Positions 1 through 9,108 of a stretch of 64,000 nt of DNA are shown one piece after another. Position 1 is the stretch's first letter. Each line of letters starts with the position of its first letter. The position numbers were made by a program, and so were the translations under genes. The DNA lies in the NCBI GenBank assembly GCA_963796105.1, contig CAWCKJ010000008.1, positions 1-64,000 on the forward strand. The letters are read 5' to 3'. The notes under the pieces were generated by a model. That model made no database searches. It was not told where the DNA came from and saw only the letters and a program-made list of their open reading frames with translations. The DNA is from a candidate division FCPU426 bacterium. GTDB taxonomy: Bacteria > Oederibacteriota > Muellerivitia > Muellerivitales > Muellerivitaceae.

Positions 1-437
1 AATAGATCTAACTTTGATTTATTTAATCTTTGGCAATACCAAAAGCGAAACCTGCTTTGCTCCCCGCTTGGCTGTCCCGCTGATCTTGCGCACAGGCTTG
101 GCTTTTTTGGCATGGGGTCCATAGCGGGATCCTTTTTCATGGTCCAAGACCCACAGAGGTTTCTCTTTTATCTGTACGGCCTGTGTCCTTAGTTACATAC
201 TGTTTCCCCCACCGTTACCCCGCCAGAAGAACCTTCGGAAATGACGTACCAACTTCACCAGGCAAAGACCTCCCGCTCGTTGAGCAAGAGGTCAAACATC
301 AATTGGAAATACCAGTCGGGCTCTAGAAACATCCATTTGGTCCCCTTAATCTTTATGGAGGATTGGCACGGAACTAAAATTTAAAACTTAAAATACAAAA
401 TTGCCCTTTAGCCCGATTTCCTGCCCGCGGGAGCCGC

Positions 438-1214
438 CTATTTCACCAGGCGCTTGAACATCGAGCGCCGCCCCACGAATACCATCACCACCAGCCAGAA
501 CAATAGAATCGGGAGGGCCTGGCCCTGGAGCGGCAGGTTCAAGGCCAGCGACCGCACGATGGCGTTGACCGAGGTGAGGGGGAAAAACCAGGCGGCCTTC
601 TGGAGGAAGCCGGGAAGGTTCTCGATGGGGTAGAAAACCCCGCAGAAGAGGAACATGGGGAAGATGAGCAGGTATTGCGGGTAGGAAAGCTCGTCTATGG
701 TGCGGGAGAAACCGGCAGCGGCCAGCCCCATGGCCGAGAAGAGAAGGGCGCTGGCGAAGCAAACGGGGATGAGGGTCAAAAGGCAAAGGGGGCGGAAATC
801 CCCTGTCGCCACGCCGATCAGGGCCACTACCTCGGCCGCGACTGTGGCTTTGCTGGCGTCCCAAAGAAGCTCCCCCCAAAGCACCTCGGAAAGGGTCACT
901 GGCGTGATGGCGATGGCCTGGAAGATCTTCTGGTAGTACATGCGCACGAAAGCCCCGTAGGAACCCTCGAAGAAGCCCTGGAACAGGACGGTCTGGGCGA
1001 TGATGCCGGAAAAAACGAAACTGCGGTAGGTGAGGTGAACCCCCTGGGTGGTGATGCTCCCGACGATGGCCCCCAGCCCGACGCCGAAGGAAAGAAGGTA
1101 GAAGATGGGCTCCAAGAAAGTGGTCAATAGGTAATAGACCAGGCTCTTGATGAATGCGGCATGGTACCTTTTCCAGACGCACCAGACACCCCAGAGGGAT
1201 TCGGGCATTTTCAT
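438..1214 (-). CDS. ABC-2 type transporter permease (NodJ-like)
   Basis: Hydrophobic ORF with 'FLEPIFYLLSFGVGLG', 'Y..FVFSGIIA', 'PMFLFCGVFYP' motifs typical of NodJ/ABC-2 permeases; start moved to MKMPES at 1214, which overlaps the ATPase stop (ATGA). Confidence 0.85.
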   Translation of the reverse strand: MKMPESLWGVWCVWKRYHAAFIKSLVYYLLTTFLEPIFYLLSFGVGLGAIVGSITTQGVHLTYRSFVFSGIIAQTVLFQGFFEGSYGAFVRMYYQKIFQAIAITPVTLSEVLWGELLWDASKATVAAEVVALIGVATGDFRPLCLLTLIPVCFASALLFSAMGLAAAGFSRTIDELSYPQYLLIFPMFLFCGVFYPIENLPGFLQKAAWFFPLTSVNAIVRSLALNLPLQGQALPILLFWLVVMVFVGRRSMFKRLVK

Positions 1215-2038
1215 AGGCCCTCCACCCCCAACCGGCTTCCGGTCAGCTTGAGGTACACATCCTCCAGGTTCGGCCTGCGTTTCCAAACCACCCCCGGCCG
1301 CACTTCCTCCTCCACTTCCTCCCTGGCGATGTGCTTGGCAATGAGTTTCTCGGGGGAGTCCGTATCCAGGATTTTTCCCTGGTGGAGGATGGACACCCGG
1401 TCGCAAAGCCTCTCGGCCTCATCCATGTAATGGGTGCAAAGCAGGATGGCCACGCCCCTGCCCCTGGCCTCGGCCAGGACTTCCCAAAGCATCCGGCGAA
1501 CATCCGGGTCCAGGCCGGTCGTGGGCTCATCCAGCACCAGGACCCTGGGGTCCGAGATCAAGGCCCGGGCCACCTGCAGACGCCGCTTCATCCCGCCGGA
1601 AAGGGCCTCCACGTTTTCCTTGGATTTCTCGGTCAGGCCAAACCTCTCCAGCAGGTCCGCGGCCCGCTTTTTTCCCTCGGATTTGGGAATATGGAAATAA
1701 CTGGCGTGAAGGACCAGCTGGTAGAAGGTGCTGAAATCGCTGTCCAGGGTTTCCTCCTGGTTGCAGACCCCCAGGACCTTTCGCGCCAGCTTGGGATGGG
1801 TGTGGACATTGTGGCCGTCCACGAGGATTTCACCGGATGTGGCGGGGTAAAAGCCGGATATGCACTGGATCGTCGAGGACTTACCGGCCCCGTTGGGGCC
1901 CAGGAGCCCGAAGCATTCCCCCGGGGCGACCTCGAAGGAAATATCCGATACTGCCGTTACCGCCTCGCCGCCGTGGCGGGAAGGGTAGCGCTTGACCAGG
2001 TGCCTCACCTGGAGGGGATGATAGGAGGTGGCTTGCAT
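1211..2038 (-). CDS. ABC transporter ATP-binding protein (NodI-like)
   Basis: Walker A GPNGAGKS, signature LSGGMKRR, Walker B VLVLDEPT, H-loop THYM; start placed at MQATSY because the longer ORF runs into the tRNA-linked repeats. Confidence 0.9.
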   Translation of the reverse strand: MQATSYHPLQVRHLVKRYPSRHGGEAVTAVSDISFEVAPGECFGLLGPNGAGKSSTIQCISGFYPATSGEILVDGHNVHTHPKLARKVLGVCNQEETLDSDFSTFYQLVLHASYFHIPKSEGKKRAADLLERFGLTEKSKENVEALSGGMKRRLQVARALISDPRVLVLDEPTTGLDPDVRRMLWEVLAEARGRGVAILLCTHYMDEAERLCDRVSILHQGKILDTDSPEKLIAKHIAREEVEEEVRPGVVWKRRPNLEDVYLKLTGSRLGVEGL

Positions 2039-2065
2039 GGGTTGAATTCCGGTTTCAGCGATTAT

Positions 2066-2465
2066 TTGGTGTGTGTCAATCTTCATATAATCATCAATGG
2101 AGATTGGCACAACATCTTCCACTTTATTTGGCGACAAACAAAGTTTGTCGCACTAATCATTGAGAGATGGTGTGCCCAGGCCGGTAAATTCGTCCGGCAC
2201 TGGTCCCACCATTGAATGGTATCTAAGTGTTTTCCCCCTCCGGGTGAAAATTGGTGTGTACCAATTTTCATATAAACATTAATTGAAATTGGCACAACGC
2301 CAACCTCTATTAATAAGGCAAACTTTGTTTGCCGGACAATTTGGAAGGTTGGTGTGTACCAATTTTTTTATAAACATTTATGGAGATTGGCACAACGCCA
2401 TCTTCTATTCAAATTAGCGGCAAATTTCATTTGCCGCAGTTTCTAAGGATAGATGGTGTGCCCAG
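2066..2465. repeat. Three degenerate ~100-bp tRNA-linked structured repeats plus a 15-bp copy of the tRNA 3' end
   Basis: Units start TTGGTGTG at ~2066, 2251 and 2349 and share TTGGTGTGT..CAAT...ATTGGCACAAC; AGATGGTGTGCCCAG occurs at 2165-2179 and 2451-2465. Confidence 0.8.
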
Positions 2466-2530
2466 CAGGACTTGAACCTGCAACCTTCTGATCCGAAGTC
2501 AGAAGCTCTATCCAATTGAGCTATGGGCAC
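2454..2530 (-). tRNA. tRNA-Arg(TCG)
   Basis: Reverse complement GTGCCCATAGCTCAATTGGATAGAGCTTCTGACTTCGGATCAGAAGGTTGCAGGTTCAAGTCCTGCTGGGCACACCA: cloverleaf, anticodon stem TCTGA/TCAGA, loop CTTCGGA, T-loop GTTCAAGTC, encoded CCA. Confidence 0.97.
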
Positions 2531-2695
2531 ATTTCCATTACCTGGAGTCAATAGAATGAAAGCTTACATGATTATTATGCTTTTTGGGATTATAAAAGAA
2601 CTTGTAAATTTCTAATTTTTTGCTCTTTACTCCAAATTTATTTCATAAGGGTGTATATTAATTTGGCTGGAAAAATCCATTAAAGGTTAGCTGAA

Positions 2696-3022
2696 ATGCG
2701 GCACATTCAAAACGATTACATGAAAGTCCAGATGCAGAACGCCCTGCTGGCCAAAGAGGCCGCGGAAGCGGCGAAAATCCGGCAGGCCGAGAGAGCCAGG
2801 GCCCAGGCGGCTGAGGAAGCTGGAAAACTTCCAGAGGAAGAAGTTGATCCCAAGATCAAAAAGATCCCGACGAAACACTATGAGGAAAAGGGCAAGAACC
2901 TGGGGCAACCCCAAGGTTTTCAAATCGAAAGTTATAGGCAGGAAGGAGAATTGGAAGTGGGGGGAGAGCCGGGGGAAGAAAAAGGGGTTTCCGGACCTGG
3001 CCACATCGATATCAAGGCCTGA
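2696..3022 (+). CDS. Small charged hypothetical protein
   Basis: GC-rich, coding-like 108-aa ORF in an AT-rich context, Glu/Lys-rich helical content, ends GHIDIKA. Confidence 0.6.
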   Translation: MRHIQNDYMKVQMQNALLAKEAAEAAKIRQAERARAQAAEEAGKLPEEEVDPKIKKIPTKHYEEKGKNLGQPQGFQIESYRQEGELEVGGEPGEEKGVSGPGHIDIKA

Positions 3023-3067
3023 CCCAATAAACCCAGAACTTTCACCACATGCCGACCCTTCTTAATA

Positions 3068-4711
3068 CCTGAATTTTGCACCGAGTTTACCGATTCCGTG
3101 GCCAGATCGGCCTGAATCGGGACCCGACAGTGGCCATTTTCATCAGAAGTGAACTTATGTGCAAAGAATTTTTTGCACCAAGCCACTTCTAGGCCGCCCT
3201 GGGTCTTTCCAATCGTTTTCGATCAAGGTATTTGAGGAAACCCAATAGGCCCGCTGTCCTATCATCATGGATTGAATACCTCACCACATCCCGATGGCCG
3301 TGATACTGGATTCGGGCGGCTACAAAGAGCATCTTCAAACGTGCGATCCGAAGGGTATGGTCCGGCATGGTGATCTGTTCCTTCTCCTGTGGCTTCTTTC
3401 CCGGTCGCTTTTCTTTTCCACAATGGCCCACCATTAGTTTCATCCACCTCCAGAGGTTGTAAGCCAGCATCACGATCTGGAAAAAAGCATGGTGGCTTTG
3501 GAAACTCTTAGAGGGAATTGCTAATAACCCCTCCCGTTGCGCCTCACCAATCAGGTTTTCCACATCCGCGCGCAGGTCGTATTCCTCAACCACCCGATGG
3601 GGTGCTCCCAGACAGTTGGTCGCGAAGATTCGGTAGACATATCCTTCCATTTCAGGAAGGCTCAATTGTTTCTCCCGCGCTTTTTCATCCAGCGTCCTCA
3701 TCGCCACAAACCGGACTGGTTGTTGCCAGCCTATGGGTTGATGGACACATTCGTTGTATTCGTGTTCTCCATGGCGGTACCAACCCTTTTTCGTGAAAGG
3801 CGGGTCATGCCGCTTGTTCCCGAAGATGAAAGAAAACCCTTCTTTTTCACAGGCTTTCACGCTTTCCCAGCCGATCATTTCACCGTCACCGCGCACCAGA
3901 ATCGTCCGGACACAGGACGGCAAGAGTCGCCGGAATTGTCTAATTTGGCGGGCCACTTCCTCAGAACTAAGGGTGGTTCCGCGTCTTTGGGTTCCGCACA
4001 AATATTCCCGGGTTTCCTGGAGAAAACACAGAATGGGCCTCAGTCCCTTCTTGCCCCGGTGCTTGGGGTTGTATCCTTTTCGGCTTCCCTCGATATTTCC
4101 GTAGACCGTTGCGGTGGTGGTATCGATGTTGATCTCCACCTTCTTGGGGGCATATTTCACCTGTCCCCAAACCTTGGCCCGTAACGCCCCACTCAGATTC
4201 AGCAACGATGCCGACTGCCCGATCCCCAGCGACCTCAGGTATCTCCAAAAAGTTGTCACTACCGGCAACAAGGGAACCCGCAGTAAACCGCACAGCATGA
4301 CCTCACCCCGCAGGTAGGCAAAATGGCCAAGTCTTTGGAACCCGATGAAAAGAAGCATTAGGATGCCGCTTACCATCCGGTAGTGGCCCAAATTCGGAAG
4401 GCGTTTAGGTGCGGCATAGTGTTTTTTGAATTCCCGCTCAAAATCAAGAAGGTCGAACATCTTCGCCAATGCCAACAATCCGCCAAAAGCTGTTAGGCGG
4501 TCTTCGCAAATACCTACGGGAGTATTGGCCGTAATCTTGGGCGCGATTCTCCCGTTTCGATTGGCTTTTTTCTGGACTTGCGGGTTTGATTTCTGAGGCG
4601 TATCTTGACGTTTCACCATCTGGGGGACCCTCTTTTAGGATGAGTTGGCTTCGCAACCCTTATCCTATAATGGTTTCCTAGATGGTTTTTTTATTAGGCG
4701 CAAAATTCAGG
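3068..4711 (-). mobile_element. IS1380-family insertion sequence
   Basis: Perfect 12-bp terminal inverted repeats CCTGAATTTTGC (3068-3079) / GCAAAATTCAGG (4700-4711), flanked by a 5-bp TAATA target duplication (3063-3067, 4712-4716). Confidence 0.92.
3189..4619 (-). CDS. IS1380-family DDE transposase
   Basis: Motifs LTAFGGL, IDTT...YG..EG...GYN, VRGDGE, Y..RADVENLIGE, LAYNL. Confidence 0.9.
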   Translation of the reverse strand: MVKRQDTPQKSNPQVQKKANRNGRIAPKITANTPVGICEDRLTAFGGLLALAKMFDLLDFEREFKKHYAAPKRLPNLGHYRMVSGILMLLFIGFQRLGHFAYLRGEVMLCGLLRVPLLPVVTTFWRYLRSLGIGQSASLLNLSGALRAKVWGQVKYAPKKVEINIDTTTATVYGNIEGSRKGYNPKHRGKKGLRPILCFLQETREYLCGTQRRGTTLSSEEVARQIRQFRRLLPSCVRTILVRGDGEMIGWESVKACEKEGFSFIFGNKRHDPPFTKKGWYRHGEHEYNECVHQPIGWQQPVRFVAMRTLDEKAREKQLSLPEMEGYVYRIFATNCLGAPHRVVEEYDLRADVENLIGEAQREGLLAIPSKSFQSHHAFFQIVMLAYNLWRWMKLMVGHCGKEKRPGKKPQEKEQITMPDHTLRIARLKMLFVAARIQYHGHRDVVRYSIHDDRTAGLLGFLKYLDRKRLERPRAA

Positions 4712-4962
4712 TAATAAAAAAGATGCTCAATATACTTACACCTTTACAAAATAATAATTAGCCACGGATGCATGGGATTCATGGGATTTAATAACTATGA
4801 ATATATAAAGTCTTAATTTTCGGCCTATCCGTGTGCATGCCGAACCTCAATTAAGCTTTCAATAAAAATTCGTTACATTTAAAGATTATGGTTTTTCCCC
4901 ACTGTAACTTTGTGGTTTCGAAGAAACCTGCGGTGAAATAGGCCGGGTTATCAATTTATCTT

Positions 4963-5613
4963 TTAATATCCGCCCATTTCATTTCCCGTTCCGTTTTGCG
5001 GTTTATCCGCCAGCACGCCGTTCTTGCCGCAGGTGTGGTACTTCCCATCGGGCAGCATGACTTGAATGAGTTTTGAATTCTTTCCGCCCCGCCACCACCA
5101 GTAACCCCGGTCAAAATAAATCCATCGTCTCATGTGATTGTCATGCCACCAAAAACGCCCCCTCTGCCAAAGAATCCAATGAAAGGTTCCACCGGTGCGC
5201 CATCCGTACCAATGTCTTTTCCCTTTATGGAAATGGCAGTAATTCCAGCCTTTGAAGGGGTGCCAATAGTATTTTCCCGATTTGCGGTCGATCTTGTTGA
5301 CTCTCGGAATTTGATGAAGGGTTTGGGTATCGGTGAGGTCTTGAAGGGCGGCGCCCAGGGGAGGGTTCTCCTGGTCGTTGGATAGGGATAACCGCGAACC
5401 GTCGTTGTATTTTTGGGGCGGAAGCGGCAAGGGAACATTGGCTTTGTCCGGCATTTGATCCCGATGGGAAAGTAGGATCGGCTTGGGAACCAGGGATGGG
5501 ACTGTGGGTTCGGGAAGGGGAGGCTCTAAAGAATAGGCCGCGTTGACAACCCCAAAAACCAATAACAGGCCCAAAGAAAACCGGCCGCCAAAGACTTTGA
5601 GTTGGAAGCGCAT
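4963..5613 (-). CDS. Secreted hypothetical protein with Pro-rich linker and Trp/aromatic-rich repeat domain
   Basis: N-terminal signal-like hydrophobic stretch; C-terminal half rich in W/Y/H/G (WYGW, FWWHD, YWWW). Confidence 0.65.
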   Translation of the reverse strand: MRFQLKVFGGRFSLGLLLVFGVVNAAYSLEPPLPEPTVPSLVPKPILLSHRDQMPDKANVPLPLPPQKYNDGSRLSLSNDQENPPLGAALQDLTDTQTLHQIPRVNKIDRKSGKYYWHPFKGWNYCHFHKGKRHWYGWRTGGTFHWILWQRGRFWWHDNHMRRWIYFDRGYWWWRGGKNSKLIQVMLPDGKYHTCGKNGVLADKPQNGTGNEMGGY

Positions 5614-5707
5614 AGGGTATAGACGTCCAGGTACATGGAATTAGTCCGATTTTTTCATTTTAAGCTGGCTTGGCCCGAAAGCCTAGAACCAAGCGTCTAA
5701 AAAGCCT

Positions 5708-7912
5708 ATGGAATCCACCATCTCTCTCCGGCAGGCCGCCTCTCTTCCCGAAAAGCACCCTTCTTTTTCCCCACCCGGTTTTCGGGAATGGGCGGGCTTC
5801 ATCCTCATTCTCCTGGCAGGCGCGGCGCTTCGCTTATGGAATATCGGCCAAAATGGAACAGGAAACTCCTATTACGCCGCGGCTGTCCGAAGCATGATGA
5901 TGAACTGGCACAATTTCTTTTTCGTGTCCTTTGATCCCGTGGGATTCGTGACGGTGGACAAGCCCCCAGTGGCCTTGTGGATCCAGACCGCCTTCGCGAA
6001 GCTGTTGGGTTACAGCGGCTTTACCCTCATCCTGCCGCAAATCCTGGAAGGACTCGGGGCGATCATTTTGGTTTACCATCTGGTGCGCCGTCGTTTCGGT
6101 TCCGGCGCGGCGCTTTTCTCGGCCCTGGTCATGGCCTTTTCCCCCGTGAGCGTGGCGGTGGACCGATACAACAACACCGACGCCTGCCTGGTCCTGGTAT
6201 TGCTCCTTTCGGCCTGGGCCCTCAGCCTCGCGGCTGAAACCGGCAGCAGGAAACTTCTCTACTTGGCCCTCATCCTGGCCGGCGTGGGATTCAACACCAA
6301 AATGATGGCGGCTTTCGTGGTGCTTCCTTCTTTTTACCTGGTTTACCTGCTGGGTTCCCCCATCTCCTGGTTCAAGCGGTTGTGGGTTCTTGCAACAGGC
6401 ACGCTCCTATTATTGGTGGTGGCCTTGTCCTGGCCCCTGGCGGTGGACATGACTCCTCCCGAACAGCGCCCCTTTGTGGGAAGCACCCAGGATAATTCCA
6501 TGATCAGCCTCTCCTTGGGCTGGAACGGATTCCAAAGACTGCTCGCCAGGGGAAGGGGAGGATTTCCCCGGAACCCCAGGGGAGGCCCGGCAGGTAGAAA
6601 TTGGAATAACCCCTCACCCAACCAGGTGGGGTCCCCCGGAAATACCACGACGGCAGCCGCTCCCGCATCCGCGGGTGTCGCTGGCGCGGCGCCGGCTTCC
6701 CAAAATCCGGGCGGCCGCAGGGGCGGGATGATGAATAACGGAACACCGGGACTCCTTAGGCTGGCCGATAAGAATATGGCGGGCCAGATCGCCTGGTTTC
6801 TTCCCCTGGCCCTGCTGGGTTTCTGGGTGGAGTTGCGACGGAACTGGATTCGATTTCCGCTTTCACCCGACCACCAGGCCCTAGTCCTATGGCTGGGCTG
6901 GATTTTCGTTTACGGGGTGGTCTTCAGTTTCATGAAAGGAGCCATGCATCCCTATTACCTGGTTCTCATGGTTCCGGCCATCGCGGCCTTGGCCGGAATC
7001 GGGGCGAAGACCATTTGGGATCAATTTCAGGAAGGCCGGAAATCCTATTTGTTCCTGGGTCTGGTTTTAACCGCGGCCTGGCAGGCTTTCATTGTGACGA
7101 GATACCCGGACTGGGAATTCCAGCTCCTGCCAATAACGCTCTCGGGAATGGGCTTGGCTCTGGCCGGACTTTATTTTTTACCATCGCTTGCCCGTCAAAA
7201 ACCCGCCCTCGGCTCCTATCTGCCTGCTGCTTTTGGGCTTGGACTTTTCACCCTGTTTTTTTGCCCAGTGTTTTGGGCCCTGACTCCGGTGATTGGCTCA
7301 GGGCAATCGGTGGAAGCCAGCCCGGATTTGTTGATCGGGGGCAACCGGGGCGGAATGTTCAGGGGATTCGGCGAGAACCTGAACAACTCCAAACTCTTGG
7401 CCTTCTTGAAGTCACATCATCAAAACGAAGACTATCTCCTGGTTTCCCAAAACAGCCAAATGGTGGCGCCTATCATCATTAAAACCGGGGAGCCGGTGGT
7501 GGCCCTCGGGGGTTTCATGGGAGGGGACCCCATCCTGACAGCCAACCAATTCGCCCAAAAGGTGAAGGATGGACAGTTCCGCTACATGCTCCTAAACACT
7601 CCCCCTGAGAATCGGGGACAGGGAGGGGTATACCCCGGAGGTAACGGACGGGATTTAGGAGGTAACGCCGGCGGTTTTGGAGGAGGTTTCGGGTTTGGCC
7701 GGATGGGCGGCGCGCAGGCAGAGATTGCCAAGTGGGTCCGGGCGAATGGGAAAATCGTGGACCCGGCGCTTTGGAAACCGGCTATTCCCCCGACCGTCCA
7801 AACCCCGGCTCAAGGCCCCAATGGCCAGCAAGGTTTCGCGGGCGGGTTCGGCGGAAGACGGGGCGGATTGGCCAATCTCCAGCTTTATGACCTTCGAGCT
7901 GATAAAGATTAA
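5708..7912 (+). CDS. ArnT/PMT_2-family (GT-C) membrane glycosyltransferase, YkcB-like, with Gly-rich inserts
   Basis: 'NSYYAAAVRSM...NFFF.SFDP.GFVTVDKPP', 'GFNTKM', 'HPYY', 'GGFMGGDP' motifs; many TM segments. Confidence 0.88.
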   Translation: MESTISLRQAASLPEKHPSFSPPGFREWAGFILILLAGAALRLWNIGQNGTGNSYYAAAVRSMMMNWHNFFFVSFDPVGFVTVDKPPVALWIQTAFAKLLGYSGFTLILPQILEGLGAIILVYHLVRRRFGSGAALFSALVMAFSPVSVAVDRYNNTDACLVLVLLLSAWALSLAAETGSRKLLYLALILAGVGFNTKMMAAFVVLPSFYLVYLLGSPISWFKRLWVLATGTLLLLVVALSWPLAVDMTPPEQRPFVGSTQDNSMISLSLGWNGFQRLLARGRGGFPRNPRGGPAGRNWNNPSPNQVGSPGNTTTAAAPASAGVAGAAPASQNPGGRRGGMMNNGTPGLLRLADKNMAGQIAWFLPLALLGFWVELRRNWIRFPLSPDHQALVLWLGWIFVYGVVFSFMKGAMHPYYLVLMVPAIAALAGIGAKTIWDQFQEGRKSYLFLGLVLTAAWQAFIVTRYPDWEFQLLPITLSGMGLALAGLYFLPSLARQKPALGSYLPAAFGLGLFTLFFCPVFWALTPVIGSGQSVEASPDLLIGGNRGGMFRGFGENLNNSKLLAFLKSHHQNEDYLLVSQNSQMVAPIIIKTGEPVVALGGFMGGDPILTANQFAQKVKDGQFRYMLLNTPPENRGQGGVYPGGNGRDLGGNAGGFGGGFGFGRMGGAQAEIAKWVRANGKIVDPALWKPAIPPTVQTPAQGPNGQQGFAGGFGGRRGGLANLQLYDLRADKD

Positions 7913-7925
7913 ATCTTCAACGGGC

Positions 7926-8936
7926 TCAGGGGTTAAGGTCTGGGGTGGAATCCTTCGAGGGTTCTTTTGAAGCCGGTTTGACAGTAGGAATGGGTGTTGA
8001 AACTGCCGAAGGTGTCGGGGAAGCGAGCGCGGTTTCATCAGCGGAGTAAACCGGCAAGGTTTCCTCGGTAGGGGTCGCTACTGGGGCGGAGGAAGCGGGC
8101 GCGGAAGGCGTTTCCCCCGGAACCGCGGCGCCGGCCTGCGTGGCCGCGACCGGTTCCCCGGAAGCGGAAGTCACGGTGGGTGTCGGGGTATGGGCCGGCT
8201 TTTTCTTGTGGGTTTTTACCGGGACGGCTGGGACCACGGGTTTTTCAGGAACGGGGGTGTTTGTTTCCTGGGGCGTCAGGGTCGGGGTGAGATCGCTGGG
8301 GGTGGACTCGGAGCCGGGGGTGGTTATTTCCGCCGGAATTGGGGTTATCATCGTCACGCTGGAATTCGGCTGGGGAGCCTGGTGGAAAAGGTATAAGGCC
8401 CCCAAGACCAGGGCGACGAGCAGGAGAAGACCGATCACGCGGATAGGGGTCCATTTGAACCCCTCTTTTTTCATGAGGGGTTTCTCCGCTGGCTTGGTTT
8501 CAGGCACGGCGTCCTTGGGCTGGGAATCCTTTTTTTCAGGGACAGGCTGTTTGGGAGGTTCGGCGCTGGAGGTTGTTTTCTTGACTTGCGCCGGTTCCGG
8601 GGGGGGAGTGTTTTTAGCAGGAGGAGTACTCTTTTCCGGGGGAGTCAGCTTTTTCTCGAGAACCTTGGCAGGTGTTTCTGGAGGTGGAACGGAGATTGGG
8701 CTTCGAAGGCTTTGAAGGGGCGAAGGTGAAGCGGGAGGTTTTTCAGCCGAGTCAGAGCTGATGAACCGGGTGATTTTGAAAGAGGGCTTGGATTCGGGAG
8801 TGGCTCCCTTTGCCGGATCGGAAACGGGCTTCGCAAGCTCATCATGGTGCTTGCGCCACATTTCAAAGCTCAATCCGCAATTAGGGCAAATGGCCGTATC
8901 GTCCGGTTGTTCCAAGTCACATTCAGGGCATTTCAT
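7926..8936 (-). CDS. Zinc-ribbon single-pass membrane protein with Pro/Thr/Lys-rich low-complexity regions
   Basis: N-terminal CPEC...CPNCG, one TM helix (VIGLLLLVALVLGALYLF), P/T-rich flanks. Confidence 0.75.
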   Translation of the reverse strand: MKCPECDLEQPDDTAICPNCGLSFEMWRKHHDELAKPVSDPAKGATPESKPSFKITRFISSDSAEKPPASPSPLQSLRSPISVPPPETPAKVLEKKLTPPEKSTPPAKNTPPPEPAQVKKTTSSAEPPKQPVPEKKDSQPKDAVPETKPAEKPLMKKEGFKWTPIRVIGLLLLVALVLGALYLFHQAPQPNSSVTMITPIPAEITTPGSESTPSDLTPTLTPQETNTPVPEKPVVPAVPVKTHKKKPAHTPTPTVTSASGEPVAATQAGAAVPGETPSAPASSAPVATPTEETLPVYSADETALASPTPSAVSTPIPTVKPASKEPSKDSTPDLNP

Positions 8937-8942
8937 AGCGAG

Positions 8943-8970
8943 ATTATAATGGAAAAATGGCGTTTGTGAA
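8943..8970 (-). promoter_or_regulatory. Candidate sigma70 promoter giving a leaderless mRNA
   Basis: Minus strand TTCACA-N16-TATAAT, then 6 nt, then the ATG at 8936; no Shine-Dalgarno. Confidence 0.5.
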
Positions 8971-9049
8971 AATTTGAGTGAAAATATTATGGATTTCAGG
9001 GCCCTTTACGGGTTTGTATCGATTCCAAGGAATTCATTGATGAAAGATT

Positions 9050-9077
9050 GAACATTTCCACCGGGAAACACGTCTAA
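9050..9077 (+). promoter_or_regulatory. Candidate ECF (sigmaE-like) promoter
   Basis: GAACAT-N16-GTCTAA upstream of the Spy/CpxP-like gene. Confidence 0.45.
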
Positions 9078-9108
9078 AAGGCGCTGGTCAATTCACTTAT
9101 ATTGGAGA

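Noticed and set aside
1..387. Possible small ORFs at the window start
   Set aside because: Only short frames without recognisable motifs
2039..2137. Longer start for the ABC ATPase
   Set aside because: Extension lies inside the AT-rich tRNA-linked repeat
2066..2465. CRISPR array near the tRNA
   Set aside because: Units are long, degenerate and homologous throughout; no spacer structure
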